Assembly: GCF_947568905.1 (NCBI RefSeq)
Contig: NC_079168.1
Location: 36,146,001 to 36,210,000 of the forward strand
DNA from: Ostrea edulis
Lineage: Eukaryota
Length of the DNA: 64,000 nt
Direction of reading: 5' to 3'
Under the pieces are notes generated by a model. It had not been told where the DNA came from. It was given only the letters and a program-made list of their open reading frames with translations, and did no database searches. How positions within the stretch are numbered: the first letter of the stretch is position 1; every line of letters begins with the position of its first letter. Positions 25,771 to 39,545 of the stretch are shown here, in pieces. The position numbers and the translations under genes were made by a program.

Positions 25771-28700
25771 TTACCAGAAGTGATTGGTTGTTATTGGTAT
25801 CATTGACTGGAGTATAAACTCTCAGAGTTGAGTTATGATGTACAATTTTATCATGTTTATACATGTAATCTTTACGCTAAAATTAGACATGTTTTATAAT
25901 TTCTTTATATATATGCTGCCAAGCAGAACTTTTACGAGAATGTACATGTAAAATGTCATTGTCCATTTTTCATTTCGCTTCAACTATATGATGATATGAT
26001 ATTTGCGATGAACAAAGAAGACATTGGATGATAAGAGAATGGTTTTAGTTTTAATTTAAAGATTGTTCTGGAGAATTTCTACTTCTATCACGCAATCAAA
26101 ATAATTGCGAATTACGGTCTGTAATTATCTTATTTCCTGGAAATGTTATTGAAGGAACGCGAAAATTATATTCACCGTGGACCATCGTGACCATGGTGAA
26201 AAGATTCAGTAACGCAGGGTTTCTAGATTTTTAAAGCGATCGGTCGATTTATTTTTCTCAAAAACAACATAAATGATAGTTTTCTTTGTCTAACACATAT
26301 CGCACGGAACGCACAGAAATATTAAGAAACAGAATATGCCCCATACTTTGAATGAAAGTAGTTACTTTTCTCAAACACTCGTGTTTAATATCGAGTACCT
26401 ACGAAAATTCGTACGGATGTTTGTTTCATGAGCTAAATTCAAGGTTTGAAACAATTTGAGAAAGAACCATGATAATCTGTCACAAGAATATAAAAAGACA
26501 TTCCATTTCTTACTAAATTGGGATTCATAATAGTCTTTATTTTGACAAAATGCTTGAAAATGAAAATAACGTAGGGTGAAAAGATGGAAGATGTAGCGTT
26601 ACTAAGGTGAAAAGATATCAAAGATTGTCATATTGATTAATATCATCCAGTAAATTCACAATTTTAAGTTTTTCTGTCACATATTATATTCTGATTTAAG
26701 GAATGAATCTATTTCTCTTTTCGTAGCGCATGATACATAAGTTTCCGTTCCATTATAAGATATGAATAATTGCTACAAATAAGATGGATTGTTGGTACAT
26801 GTATGATGTGCAGGTACATCTTTAAGAGGATGTCAAGGTGCAATATGTTTTCTTTAATCTTAGCCATACTTTAAATCAGACAGAAATCCAACATATCTCA
26901 ACTCATAACTCAACTCTGAGAGTTTATACTCCAGTCAATGATACCAATAAATTTAACAACTGAATCTTTTCACCATTTATTAGGTGAGTTATTGGGTGGT
27001 TTTTTTTTTGGGGGGGGGGTTGTTTTTAATTTCTTCCTTTGCTTCCATGACCACCACTTTAAGCTGCATTGAAGTAGGGACCATTCATTATCTAAATAAT
27101 GTAGCAAGAAAAGCCAGTAAGTGATATCACTCATTCGAATAAGTGATATCACCAAATGTTACGTTCTGTAATTTGTATATATTCATCGGAGTAAAATAGA
27201 AACAGAACAATTATACGTTGTTGTCGGAATTGTTGAAGAATAACCCCCTTGTACCTAGCTGAAGATATTGTTGAAAAATCAATAGTGTAGAGCTCGTGTA
27301 ATGCCTAGAGCTCAGGCCCTATGATGCATTTCACCAACATAAAACTATTATTTTTTATTTCTTAATATCTATCACATAAACTGCGTGTGTTTTGTATTCA
27401 TAATGAACTTTGATGGAGATAGCTACCAAATATAAATTATTACTAAAATAACTGAAACTCGTCCCCCCCCCCCCCCCCCCCCCCCAAGCATGTAATTTTA
27501 GAGTTCAAATGTTAACACACGACGAACTAAGTCCGACGAGGTTCCACCAAGTGCCTGTGGTATTCAGGCCATAATTTTTCAACAGAAAGACATCATAAGT
27601 TCATACTTCAAGCAAAATTTGCTAGAGAGGAGATTTTGCCATCGTCCCAGATAAATGGATCCAAAATCTGTCCAAGGTCAAAATCACTATTGAAATAAAA
27701 TAATCGTCAAGATCACGCCTTAGTAAATCTAGAAATATATTGCATGGTAGATCATACTAGGCAAACAGATAACTTAGGATTAATTTGGTCAAGAACTGGC
27801 TTTGACTATCGCGGGAAAAAAAAAGTGAACGCGGATCTAAGAAATAACCTGCAATGAAATATGTAGGCCTATGGTTTTGTTGGGGTGGTTTTTTTTTCAA
27901 AGAGCAAAATTATTTAGATCGTATTCTATCATATCGTCATTACCTTACGAGATATTCAAAACCTTCCGATCAGTTCAACGAGATTCCAAAATAAATAAAT
28001 TTTCGGTTTTTTCTTCTTCTTCTTGTGTACATACATATATAAGTATTTTAAAATTAGATAACCGCAATGTTTGGCGTACGTTCAGAAAATTCTATATAGA
28101 TTGGGACCACCTTGTTTTGAATTATTTTGCGGATTAATTTGCATTTAAAAAATTGCATAAATTTATGAACATTCATGTTTATGTTTCATTAAAGATCGAG
28201 ACGATTAAAACCGCCCTCTCTCAAAATCATAGGAGTGAGGTTGCAATTCCCCACCCGTGTAGATTCTACAACTGGACTTACATCTGTTTAAGGACACTTG
28301 CTACAAACTTTAAAATTTTGTCAAAAATGATGAAAATAAAAACCGAACTTGTTTTTATAAGTAAAAGAAATCCCACTTACCTATAAATGCAATTTATTCC
28401 CACATCTTCTCAATTAAATCCCAAAGTCTGGGCAAAATATGAATTATATAGAGATGAGTGCATGCAATATATTTCAAATTTTGAACATACATGTAATAGA
28501 AAATGTATAGGTCGATCACTTATTTGTTTTACTTTTTCTCACTTGCACCTAAGTTATTCCAATCAAACAAAGCCAGAAAATATGTCAATCCATGTATCCA
28601 TATTTTTGATTGTGACAAGTGTCTTAATATTCCTTCATTAATTCATACAAAAGGAGACAAACTTTAACCGTACTTTTTCTCTCCGTAAATGTCAACTTTG

Positions 28701-29661
28701 TTTCAGACTTTTCATAAAAATGCATATAAAGTTAACGATACATTAAGAAATCGAAATGCAATGATAATCGAAATAGAAAATCGTTCCTGATCCCCCGAAT
28801 TTAAGTCTTTTGCGAACTGAAGGAAAAAAAAGGAGGGGGGGGGGACTATAAAGTTGTTGATTAATTAATGAACATTTCGGCGGTTTCTAGGTTCCAACGC
28901 CTACAGAAGCCATTCAACAGAATACAAAATGCGAAAGATTGTAGCATTTCAAACAAGGGATGGTTGTCCCAGTTTGGATGTTTTATTGAAAATTTCACAT
29001 ATTACTCCCCCAAAATCATTATCTCCTATTTAATCTCTCTGCTCGCTTGGGTTTTTCTAGTATGGTATTTTTGTAACTTAATTAAGCAAATCATACTCTT
29101 CGAGTTTTGATGCAATGTTGAAAGTCTAGCTATTCTGAATTTACATATATCGTTCATATATATAGTATTAACACAGTTTTGAATGGATCGTCCTTTGCAA
29201 GTGCTAGCTAGAAAACTATGAAAGGCAATCCCTTCGGTTGTGAACCTCACTTAAAATGGAATTATTCCATTTGGTAATATAGAAAATTCAATTTTCCGAC
29301 AACAAATTTGCATATGAAAAAAGAAGCAAACCACTCCACGATTCAATCCCGAATGGAGCAGTTGTGTGGGACAACCGTATTTTTGAGAACGTTCGATCAT
29401 CATTATTACAAGCAAAGCATTAAAGATGTATACTAATTAACTGCCCCCTTTTAGATAGTAGCATTGGATGAAAAGCTTGAACTGATGAATTCAACCCATG
29501 AAATGAAAGATAAATCCACCCCACCCCCTCTAACATCAATAAAAGTTTAGTGGGGTTTTTTCTGGGTTTTTTCTATTTGCTTAAAGTTGGGAAAAGGAGC
29601 ATCTGTTAGTTTTTTATCATTATTATTTTTTGATTGTCATGAATCAACTTCTACTCTGGAT

Positions 29662-29702
<41 letters not shown>

Positions 29703-30064
29703 AGTTGAAAAACGATGCTACAGGTATGTCATTATACAATTGAGAGATCTGTATTTTAATCAGATTGGTCACTATACAAACCCTTTAGATGATACCAATA
29801 TTTCATTTACACTCCATTTGCTCTAGCTATGATCTGTGATGCATAATCAATAAACAGTGTCAACATTGTGATTTATTTTGTCTGGAATGATCAGACTAAT
29901 AGCTGAATAATAATTCTACATATCAAAGTACATGTATTACAAATATGTACATATAATTCAGATTAACTCCATATCTGTTTAAAAATGATCTACACTGTAT
30001 TCTATTTTTCATTTGTTATCATATCAAATTTGAATATGACTCAAAAACATAATCACAGATTTCT

Positions 30065-33000
30065 TCATAATTTAGAGAATGTTGCTTGTTTCTTTTCCAT
30101 CATTGCCATTGCAGCCTTCATCACATCTTCACTCTGCAGCATTCCTTGGTTCCACAGACCCTGACAAACAATAAAACGTTTATATCACACATGAACTTAC
30201 CGGTATACCACAACCAAACCAAATTCTAATGAACAAACCTTTACTTTTCATTTGATACACTCTGAACTTTGTGTATTATGACCTCACCACATGATTCAAG
30301 CCCTCTTGTACACTGTGGTCTCGAGAAAACACCAAGCTATGTTTGGAGGCCTGCACTGCTACAGGTGATTTTGTTGCTATCACAGAGGCTGTTTCTAGGG
30401 CTCCCTCCATCATGGCTTCTTTGTCTGGGAAGACTCGGCTGAGGAGAAAAAAACAACACTAGAATGTGACACAGGTAATACATACTACATGAGTACACGT
30501 ACTGATTTTATTGCACTAATATCAACTGTATGTTGTTGACTCTTTCCAGTGATATATCAAAGTATTGTTCTTTTATTGCCAATCAATCATAAATTATTTA
30601 TATTTCTTAGTCTTAATGAAAATCAATCCACAGACTCATGACTGCTACATCATTACTCAACAGACTCATGACTGCTACATCATCATTCAACAGACTCTTG
30701 ACTGTTACATAATCATTCAACAGACTCATGACTGTTACATAATCATTCAACAGACTCATGACTGTTACATAATCACTCAACAGACTCTTGACTGTTACAT
30801 AATCATTCAACAGACTCATGACTGTTACATAATCACTCAACAGACTCATGACTGTTACATAATCATTCAACAGACTCTTGACTGTTACATAATCATTCAA
30901 CAGACTCATGACTGTTACATAATCATTCAACAGACTCATGACTGTTACATAATCACTCAACAGACTCTTGACTGTTACATAATCACTCAACAGACTCATG
31001 ACTGTTACATAATCATTCAACAGACTCATGACTGTTACATAATCATTCAACAGACTCTTGATTGCTACATAATCATTCAACAGACTCTTGATTGCTACAT
31101 AATCATTCAATAAACTCATGACTGTTACATAATCATTCAACAGACTCATGACTGTTACATAATCATTCAACAGACTCATGACTGTTACATAATCATTCAA
31201 CAGACTCATGACTGTTACATAATCATTCAACAGACTCATGATTGCTACATAATCATTCAACAGACTCATGATTGCTACATAATCATTCAACAGACTTATT
31301 ATTGCTACATAATCATTCAACAGACTCTTGATTGCTACATAATCATTCAATAAACTCATGACTCCTACATCATCACTCAGAAGACTGATGACTACTAGGC
31401 TACATCATTGAAAATTTGTACATAGGTATATGCTTATTATATTTCAGTTTGACCAAATTTACCTCAAAGGAACAGAACTCTAATGAAGTCATTTTACCAT
31501 GGATAGATACATGTACAATGTGTCTTTTCTCTCATAATTATTCCATGACATTGCTTCTCATGTACTAATACTTAAATCAGTACCATTTCTTCCTTTCTAT
31601 GAACATTTTGAAAATTCAATTGCTGTGAAAAACGGGGCAAAATAGGAGCAAAAATCATCTACTGTAAACAAACTTTTAATTGCATGAGAGAAATTTTTGT
31701 GTCAGAGATTTGCAAGAAACTCATCATTGCAAGTATTTCCCGCCATGAACCAATTCTGTAAAGTTTCTTGTATGTTTAAGATTTAATCATGGTCATGAAA
31801 ATTAGTTGCCTTGAACCAGTTCATCACTAGTAAATCTAGAAATACAGTCATTGCAAGTAAAAGCTGGTTTACAGTCTATCTGATCTGTCTGAAGGATTTA
31901 ATAATAATAAAAGCTGGTTTACAGTCTATCTGATCTGTCTGAAGGATTTAATAACTTTTTGTATCAATTTGAAAATCAAGAGTTCTACATTTAACTCTGC
32001 AGGGTTTCAATTTTCAAAATCGCTAGTCTCACTCAACTTTATACATAATAAAAGGTTTTTTGGAAAATATGTATTGGCATCAGTGCTGTTTCTCCACCTA
32101 TGAGTTATTCGTCTCTCAGGCAATATGTGAATATGTAACATACCTCACCTTACAAAGCCTATTTGCTTTGCCTCATCACTGAAAAATTTTCTTGCTGTGT
32201 AACAAAGTTCTCTCACTAAACTGTCATTTCCCACTATTTTGGGAAATCTCTGTAATGTTCCTAAATCAGCGGCAAGCCCAATGTCTACCTCCTGTAAATA
32301 GTTAGTAACAATTCATATTTACATGCATGTACCTTAAAGTTAATTTTAAAATTTAATAGTAAGATCTATTCATATAAAGGTATATGGCATTTCAAAATCA
32401 CAAATATATTGATCATATTAAACATTCATTTTTATTGTTCTAAATTGCACATAGAATTTAATTCAAATCTATAATTTCAAATATACGAAATTGCGTGTCT
32501 AAACTTTTTTGTAGATGTATTTATGTCTAACTTGGTTTCTGAAAGCTTTTGAATCTTGTCTCAATTGAGCTAAAGTATCTACAATTTACCTTTATTTGAA
32601 ACCAAGCATCACTGGTACAATATCGGATATCACATGCTGATGTCATATCAACCCCACCTCCAATACAGGCACTATGTACTGCTGAAATCACTGGTTTGGA
32701 GCACTGCAGTTAACATAATCTTTTTATATTTGTTTCATAACAATTCACTACCTAAGGTTTCTCCAAAAAATGTGACATAATTTTTCCAAAGAAATTTGCT
32801 GACACAATAAAACTCTGATCTTTATATTCTTTTTGTTGCTAAATGTACTAGTTTGACCAATTACTGTGGAAGTACTTGTCTACTATTAGAATGAGACTGG
32901 TATTCAGAGTTACATTTGTTCTGTTTTCTGTTGCACCAAACAATGTAGTAGAGATTGAAGTTAATCAATAATATCCTGTCGCAATGCTATGCCTGACATG

Positions 33001-33780
33001 TACATCATGAATAAAATTCATTTCATTTCGTCGTGAAACTGATTTTCCTATCAACACTTTGCCACTATTTGTATAATATACCCTGATTGCTTACTTTTTC
33101 GATAACAGTGAATGATTCCTGCAAGTCTTTTATTTTATTTCTGATCAGGAAGGCTTTTCTACTGACATCCATGTTCGGGTTGGTAAACGATGCAATGTCA
33201 CCAATATCCGTCAGATCTAAACCTGCAATAAACCACATCCTCCTTCTTAATTACTATGTATGCAGAATTTATAGCGAGGATCAAATCTTAGCATTAGTAC
33301 ATGTAGCAAGAGTGATGAGATCACTAAAATTGAATATTGCTAGCAATTTATTCCCTATCAAAGGTAATAGCTATGATATCTTTCCTGAATTTATAAAGTC
33401 ACTAAAATTAGCTCTCGCTAAATATGTATACCCATTTTTATGAGAAAAAACCCCCTAAATTTGGGTGTAGTTAAAACTTCTACTTAGGCGGTATTCAGTT
33501 TTCCCATACATGCAGTCTCCTTTCTAAAAACTGAGGACGAGATACATGTAGCTACACATTGTAGCTAATAGTACACCAACCATATGACATCATCCTTAGC
33601 TCTTAGCTTCTTCTGTAACATGGATAGGCATACCTGCTGTAAATATTTTTCCTGACCCTGAGAGCACCACAACTCTGCAGTCTTGATCTGTAGACAGTCT
33701 TTGAAAACACTCTCTGCAATCCCTTCAGTAGAATTCAATGACAACAATGAGTTTGCAAAAAAAGGTTTTTAATCAATTAT

Positions 33781-33827
<47 letters not shown>

Positions 33828-36767
33828 ACACACACACACAAATCAATGCTTTAGATAAAGCAGATACTAATAGATATGAAGAAAAAAAAACACGTTTCTT
33901 TTTTTGTCTTTCTTTCTTTTTCTTATCGTTGTGATACTGAAATAATGCACTACATGGCAGGATAAATATCAAGCCTTTTAAATTGTCTGTGTTTACCTCC
34001 AAAATGCTTGATTCATTGCATTCATTTTCTTTGGGCGATTAATTTCCACTTGCACTACAAATTCCCTTGGTCTCGTGACACTCAAGGTGTCGAATTTGTA
34101 CTCCTCTGTTGACATGTTTCTTGCTGTACTTGTGAGAACCTGCGACTGACCTGATTTAAAGACATACACACTCTGGTACATTATCAAATAATGATCTGTA
34201 AGGTGGTTAGTTCACTGCCTTACTGTTAGTTTGGTGTTAAATTCTAATTTGATAATTGTTGTAATATTTTAATTTGTTTTCATTTCATGCTCAATGGCTT
34301 CCTATGTAATGAAATTAAAATATAATTATATAAAGTTTAGCTTGCTTAAAAAAAATGTTTATTCGGTATATACAAATATACATACATAAATACCAAGGAT
34401 AACCCATGAAAGCTCAAAAGATAACTTTCAATGGCGTCCTTTTGATGCACAGATGTTGGCACTAGGGGGTCATTGTGTGGGAGGAAACCAGAGTACCCAA
34501 AGGAAACCCACGTATCTGAGCAGATGACCACCATGCATACCCTCTCAAATACTACCACTGCCAATCACGGGGATCAAACTCGGGTTGCAGCAGTTAGAAG
34601 CAAGAGCACTATCTCTGCGTTACACAGACACCCCATAGTTTTCATTTCAAAAATATTCCTTTTACCCCTTTTTCATTCACAAAGATCAAAGATTGTGATA
34701 TTGTTTTTTAAGTAGTCAAGAGTACATCTTTACTTATCAAAACAATATATATGCAATAAAATGCTTCAAATAGATGATTCAATGATCATTTCATAATGGG
34801 TACATAGTATTTATGCTTCACAATAGTCGGTTTTATGGCCACAACTCCTTTAAATCGTTACCAATCTTCGTGAAATTTGATCCGTGAGTAGATGACATAC
34901 AGATGAACACATACTGAGGTAATTTCAGCCCTTTTATTGGTAATTTTGGTCATTTCTTAGGTATCGGTGATTAGTGGTAATTTCAGTCATTTCTTAGGTA
35001 TCGGTGATTAGTGGTAATTTTGGTCACTCTACAGTGTTGAATCACAGGTGTCTGAATTTTAATCAGTAAATAAAAAGAACAAGATTACCGCAAACAGTAC
35101 ATGTACAATATACACCCGTCGGACAGTGAAATTCAATCTGGAAGCATATTGTGCACTCTGAATACAATGAACATTCTAAATAGAAAAGCCTTAATTATAT
35201 AAAGTGGGTCATGGTGCATCAATCCATCTGACATGTGAATTGAACTGATTATGTATTTCTTTGAAAGTAAGGTTGTGACAAAATGTTGGTGCAATATCTA
35301 TACCTACGATAACAAAAAATCCTGAAAACCATTAGATCTACTTTTAGCCCTAAAGTAGGTCATGGTGCAACAATTACTAATTGAAATGTTTGAAATGTGA
35401 ACTGATTATGTATTTCTCTGGGAGGAAGGTTGTGACTAAACTTCAGAGCAATACCTGTGACCATACCCCCTAAAAAATCTGGAAAACTGTTTAACCTACT
35501 TCTAACCCTAAAGTACTGTAGGTCATAGTGCGCAAATCCAGCTGAAATGCTAACTGAACTTGTCTTCCTCCGAGAGGAAGCCTTTAATCTTTATCCGTAA
35601 TTTAAAAAAAGCCCGGAAAATTGTTTGACCTACTTTCAGCCCAAACGTAGGTCAAGGATGGACCAATCCAGCTTAAATGCAAACTCACTCTTACAATTTT
35701 TGTAAGAGAAAAGTTGTACATGCATCTGTCATGGAAAAAACCCGGAAAACATGACCCCGAACGGACGGACAGCCAGACGCAAGGACATCGCCATAACATT
35801 ATGCATCACGTTTAATGACAGGCGCATAAAAAAAACTACATCTATATATATAAATACATGTAACTTATATATAGATATATTTTTTTTTCTTCTTTCTTAT
35901 ATGTCTATTTACTGATTAAACAGGTTGGGAACACTTCCTCTATAGTGAGATCTCGCTAAAATGCGATTATGATATCCCTCTTTAGCAAGAGAGTATAAAC
36001 ATGACCATAAACAGGTGTTTTGGTGGTTTTATTGCAAAAAATGGCAAATTCCGTGCAATGCTGAATAAGTGCGACACACACTCAACATGAAGAGAATTGT
36101 CTCTATAAAATTGAGAACACAGTCAAGAAATTTCAAATCAATGTTGCTGCATATAATAGGGAAGGAGGCTGAAATCCAGCGCACATTTTGAGTGTTTTTG
36201 TTTTTATTTATATATTTGCAGAAGTATCAGACATTTCAGCACCTTTTCTTCTTTTCATGTGAAACACGAAGAGACGTACTCCACGGGTGTTTTTTCTCTG
36301 TTGTACGGGATATATTCACTCTTGCTATAGAGAGGGATAATCGCGTTTTCGCAAGATAATTTCGCAATAGGGGAAGTGTCAATTCCCAACCTGTTTAAGT
36401 TCAGATACCTGTGGTTGTATGTACCACGTACACATAAATTTATATTTTACTTACAAGCACGGGTGCTTGAGGACAGGAAACAGCACCTACCCCCCTCACC
36501 AGAGGCCTGGACCCAGTTGCACAAAGGTTATAGTTAACTTTAACTGCCAGTTAACTTGCCATTAACTTGAACATTTAGATCTATATAGCGCTAACTTGAA
36601 GTTAACTGTCAGTTAAACTTAACTAACTCTTGTGCAACTGGCCCCTGGGGGGTAACACCCCACCCCAGGGGGAGGGGGGGTTCTAATCTCAGTGAGATTC
36701 GTCGAGGCTGGATATTTGGACTGACGCCTCTCGGAAATATCCAGCCTCGACGAATCTCGCTGAGATT

Positions 36768-36800
<33 letters not shown>

Positions 36801-36972
36801 CATGTCCTCAAAACCTGTGCTTACAGGTCTACTTCATGGAAAAGGGCATATGATCATACAGAAATTTAGCTGGAGGTAATGCTCTAAATATATTTCATAG
36901 ATTATACTGACCACTAACAAATTTTCTTCGTATGAATGCACCAGTGAAAAGTAACGAGCGAACTTTGGACAT
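30065..36972 (-). CDS. ECH1: Delta(3,5)-Delta(2,4)-dienoyl-CoA isomerase (crotonase family), complete, 8 exons, 311 aa
   Basis: Exons 36912-36972, 33997-34150, 33634-33722, 33095-33222, 32590-32703, 32149-32291, 30288-30438, 30065-30160; phases are consistent (936 nt). Peptides: VEINRPKKMNAMNQAFW, SGSGKIFTAGLDL, KPVISAVHSACIGGGVDMTSACDIRYC, EVDIGLAADLGTLQRFPKIVG, KSPVAVQ. C-terminus ...ATFSKL* (PTS1). Exon 1 (MSKVRSLLFTGAFIRRKFVS) is assigned from its ATG, phase and donor site. Confidence 0.94.
30631..31385. repeat. 30-bp minisatellite (~25 copies) in ECH1 intron 6
   Basis: The unit cagactc(a/t)tga(c/t)tg(t/c)tacataatca(t/c)tcaa has a period of exactly 30. Confidence 0.97.
34430..34632 (-). 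mobile_element. tRNA-derived SINE with Meta/Deu-like core
   Basis: The minus strand has a degenerate A/B-box head followed by gtgggtttcctttgggtactctggtttcctcccaca. Confidence 0.7.
35918..36397. mobile_element. MITE with ~80-bp imperfect TIRs (ECH1 intron 1)
   Basis: aaacaggttgggaacacttcc...ctctttagcaagagagtata is inverted as tatattcactcttgctatagag...ggaagtgtcaattcccaacctgttt. Confidence 0.6.
36510..36644. mobile_element. PIF/Harbinger-like MITE (135 bp)
   Basis: TIR G(A/G)(C/G)CCAGTTGCACAA, CTG duplicated at 36507-09 and 36645-47, internal gttaact repeats. Confidence 0.7.
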
Positions 36973-37305
36973 TTTGAAGATAGTACTGAAAACGAAAGTA
37001 AAATTTTAAATTAATGCGTTCGTGAATAACAGTCAAAAACCGGAATCGTATTCGGAGAAATTAAAAAGTTTTTTTCTAATCATTTACAAAAAACATAAAT
37101 ATTTTGTTTACTATCAACCTAGGAAGAAGATCTTATGTCTAAATATTTCCTATTTTAAACTCGACAGCATGTAGGTACGCTTTAATAAGGAAAATCCTCG
37201 AGACAAATGATATTGAAAGTAGAACCGCGACCCAGTGACATTTATACATTAATTTGACTAGTCTAGTGTGGTGTTTGTGGCTGTGTTGATGTCGATGTGA
37301 GAAGA
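36973..37305. promoter_or_regulatory. Probable bidirectional promoter between ECH1 and RDH14-like
   Basis: The two start codons are divergent and separated by only 333 bp. Confidence 0.6.
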
Positions 37306-38259
37306 ATGTCAGTGTGTAAATACGCAACAGCAGGTTGTGTAATCACGATTTCAATAATGCTTTTGAGGAAATTTTCAAGAGCTTATAGGGTTTATAAACG
37401 TGCAATGACAATAGCTGGAAAAGAAATGTTAAACAAAACAGTCATTATAACAGGAGCAAACTGTGGCATCGGAAAAGCTACGGCATTGGAGCTCGCCAAA
37501 AGACATGCTCGTGTCATATTGGCATGCAGAGACAAGGAGAAAGCCAATTCTGCTATATCAGATATTAGGAGAATCACTAGCAGTGGAGAGGTGGTCTTCA
37601 GACACCTCGATCTAGAGTCTTTCAGATCCATTAGAGATTTCTGTTGCGAGGTAATTGAAAATGAAACTAAGTTAGATATACTGATCAACAATGCAGCAGT
37701 GATGAATCACCCCTACAAAAAAACTGAAGACAATTTAGAAATCCACATGAGTGTTAATCATTTCGGAAATTTTTTGCTCACAAACCTTCTTTTGGATCTG
37801 CTGAAAAAATCGTCTGCAGGCAGGATAATATTCGTGTCTTCTGCCTTACATAAATATGGAAAAGTGAATATGGAAGACTTTCAAGGCCAACAGAAAAAAC
37901 CTTATGCTAACAGCAAACTTGCCAATGTATACTTTGCACGAGAACTAGCACACAGGTTGAAGGGGACAGGAGTGGCTGTGCACACATTGCATCCTGGCAT
38001 GGTAAATACAGAATTATCAAGATACTCTTATGCACCAGTCCTAAACATCATAGTGAATCCATTAAAGTATCTCCTACTCTCGTCTGCTGAAGAAGGAAGC
38101 CAGGGTATTGTGCATCTTGCAATGGCTAATCTTCAAAGTGACACTGGAAAATATTATGGTAGAACAGGTGAAGAAGAAGAATGGCCTGAAATCTCATCAG
38201 ACAGGGCAATTTGGAAAAAGATGTGGGAAATCAGTGAAAAATTAACCAATCTTCAGTGA
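37306..38259 (+). CDS. RDH14: Retinol dehydrogenase 14-like short-chain dehydrogenase/reductase, single exon, 317 aa
   Basis: Uninterrupted ORF; the first ATG is at 37306 (the track starts at a GTG). It has a hydrophobic N-terminal anchor, TGANCGIG (TGxxxGxG), LDILINNAA, NHFGNFLLTNLLLDLL, YANSK (YxxxK) and LHPGMVNTEL. The SDR family is certain; the exact RDH11-14 orthologue is less so. Confidence 0.85.
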   Translation: MSVCKYATAGCVITISIMLLRKFSRAYRVYKRAMTIAGKEMLNKTVIITGANCGIGKATALELAKRHARVILACRDKEKANSAISDIRRITSSGEVVFRHLDLESFRSIRDFCCEVIENETKLDILINNAAVMNHPYKKTEDNLEIHMSVNHFGNFLLTNLLLDLLKKSSAGRIIFVSSALHKYGKVNMEDFQGQQKKPYANSKLANVYFARELAHRLKGTGVAVHTLHPGMVNTELSRYSYAPVLNIIVNPLKYLLLSSAEEGSQGIVHLAMANLQSDTGKYYGRTGEEEEWPEISSDRAIWKKMWEISEKLTNLQ

Positions 38260-39545
38260 ATTAAATCTTTTACCTTCAAATTATTGAGTGGACCCTGAGA
38301 TCCATGCAGAAAATTTATTTAAACTAGGTTAAATTGGATGCTATGGAGAAAAGTCAGCTTGCACAAATGTACACATGTTTTCACTTTAAGAGAATTTTAA
38401 AAATCTACAGTTCTTTATGATTTGTGAAAAATAGTTTTTAGTATTCTTAATAATAAATGATTAATGTGGTGGAGTCTAATTTATACATAAAACTTAACAT
38501 GACAACATATTCACCTCAGCGATGCTAAAAACAAAGGAAGTAATGTATCGTTGTTCATATCTTAAAATAGACATCATTTCTTGTGAAGTTGCACTGAGCT
38601 TTTGAAATGAAAAATGACATTCAAGCCTGTGAGCATCAATATTTTATTGCCAGATATATATATATCAATGAGTGAAGGTACTTTGTATTTTTAGATTAAG
38701 GTGATAATAAAACTCCAACAAATTATTTAGACCCATTTGTGTCCCCTGTTGAATTTGAACTTTAAGGTCCAGGCCCTGGGATCATGCAACAAACATCTCA
38801 TCTGTAAGATGTTCATTACTTTTGAACTGAAACTCTTCTGCAGATGCAAGAAATTTGATGAAGCAATACTGAATAACAATTTTATTTTGGAATGATTGAT
38901 TTCTTAATTATTCATTGCTGCTGTTTAAATTTTGATTTTATTTTGTGTTTCATGATCCTGGGGCTATATCAAGGTTAAAGGTCAAAGCAATTTCTGATTA
39001 AAATACAGATCTCTCAAATAGTGCACAGCACTGTGCACTCTTTGAGAGATCTGTATTTTAATCAGATTGAGGTCAAAGCTACAAATATCCATTTGACCTG
39101 AATACAGCTCATAGTCTAGCAGTAAGACTTATAATGAAACATTTGCATCTTTCAAGATTTTAAAAATTAATCTGTTTTAAAGCACATTTTTGTTTCAATC
39201 TAGAATATTAAGTTTCTGTTAGAAACATGATCCACATATTGCAGTCCTTCTTTAAAAGACAGCAACTTGAATGTTCATTTTATATGGATACAAAGGTTAT
39301 TTGAATTTCAATCAATTCATACATGTATATTGTATATTAAACAGACTAAGTAATAGTTATTGTATGTTTATTTTGGTGTACCTTGATTTATTTGGATGAA
39401 GGGTGGTGATGAATGCAAAGCACGAGTCTCCGCCCTTCTTCCAAATAAATCAAGATGCACCGAAATAAATACAGTCAATAACTTAATTTTATCATGACCA
39501 ATTAGAAATATAATATCTGTCATGTGACCAATGATTATTGCATGA

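Noticed and set aside
29587-29826. Poly-proline ORFs here and at 36609-36803
   Set aside because: They are translations of C/G homopolymer runs.
30565-31359. Overlapping 182-aa (+) and 248-aa (-) ORFs
   Set aside because: Both are read-through of a 30-bp (multiple of 3) minisatellite inside ECH1 intron 6; there is no splice connection or non-repetitive coding sequence.
33783-33840. (TA)n(CA)n tract as a functional element
   Set aside because: It is an ordinary intronic microsatellite.
37297-37305. ORF-track start for the RDH14-like gene
   Set aside because: It is a GTG; the first in-frame ATG is at 37306.
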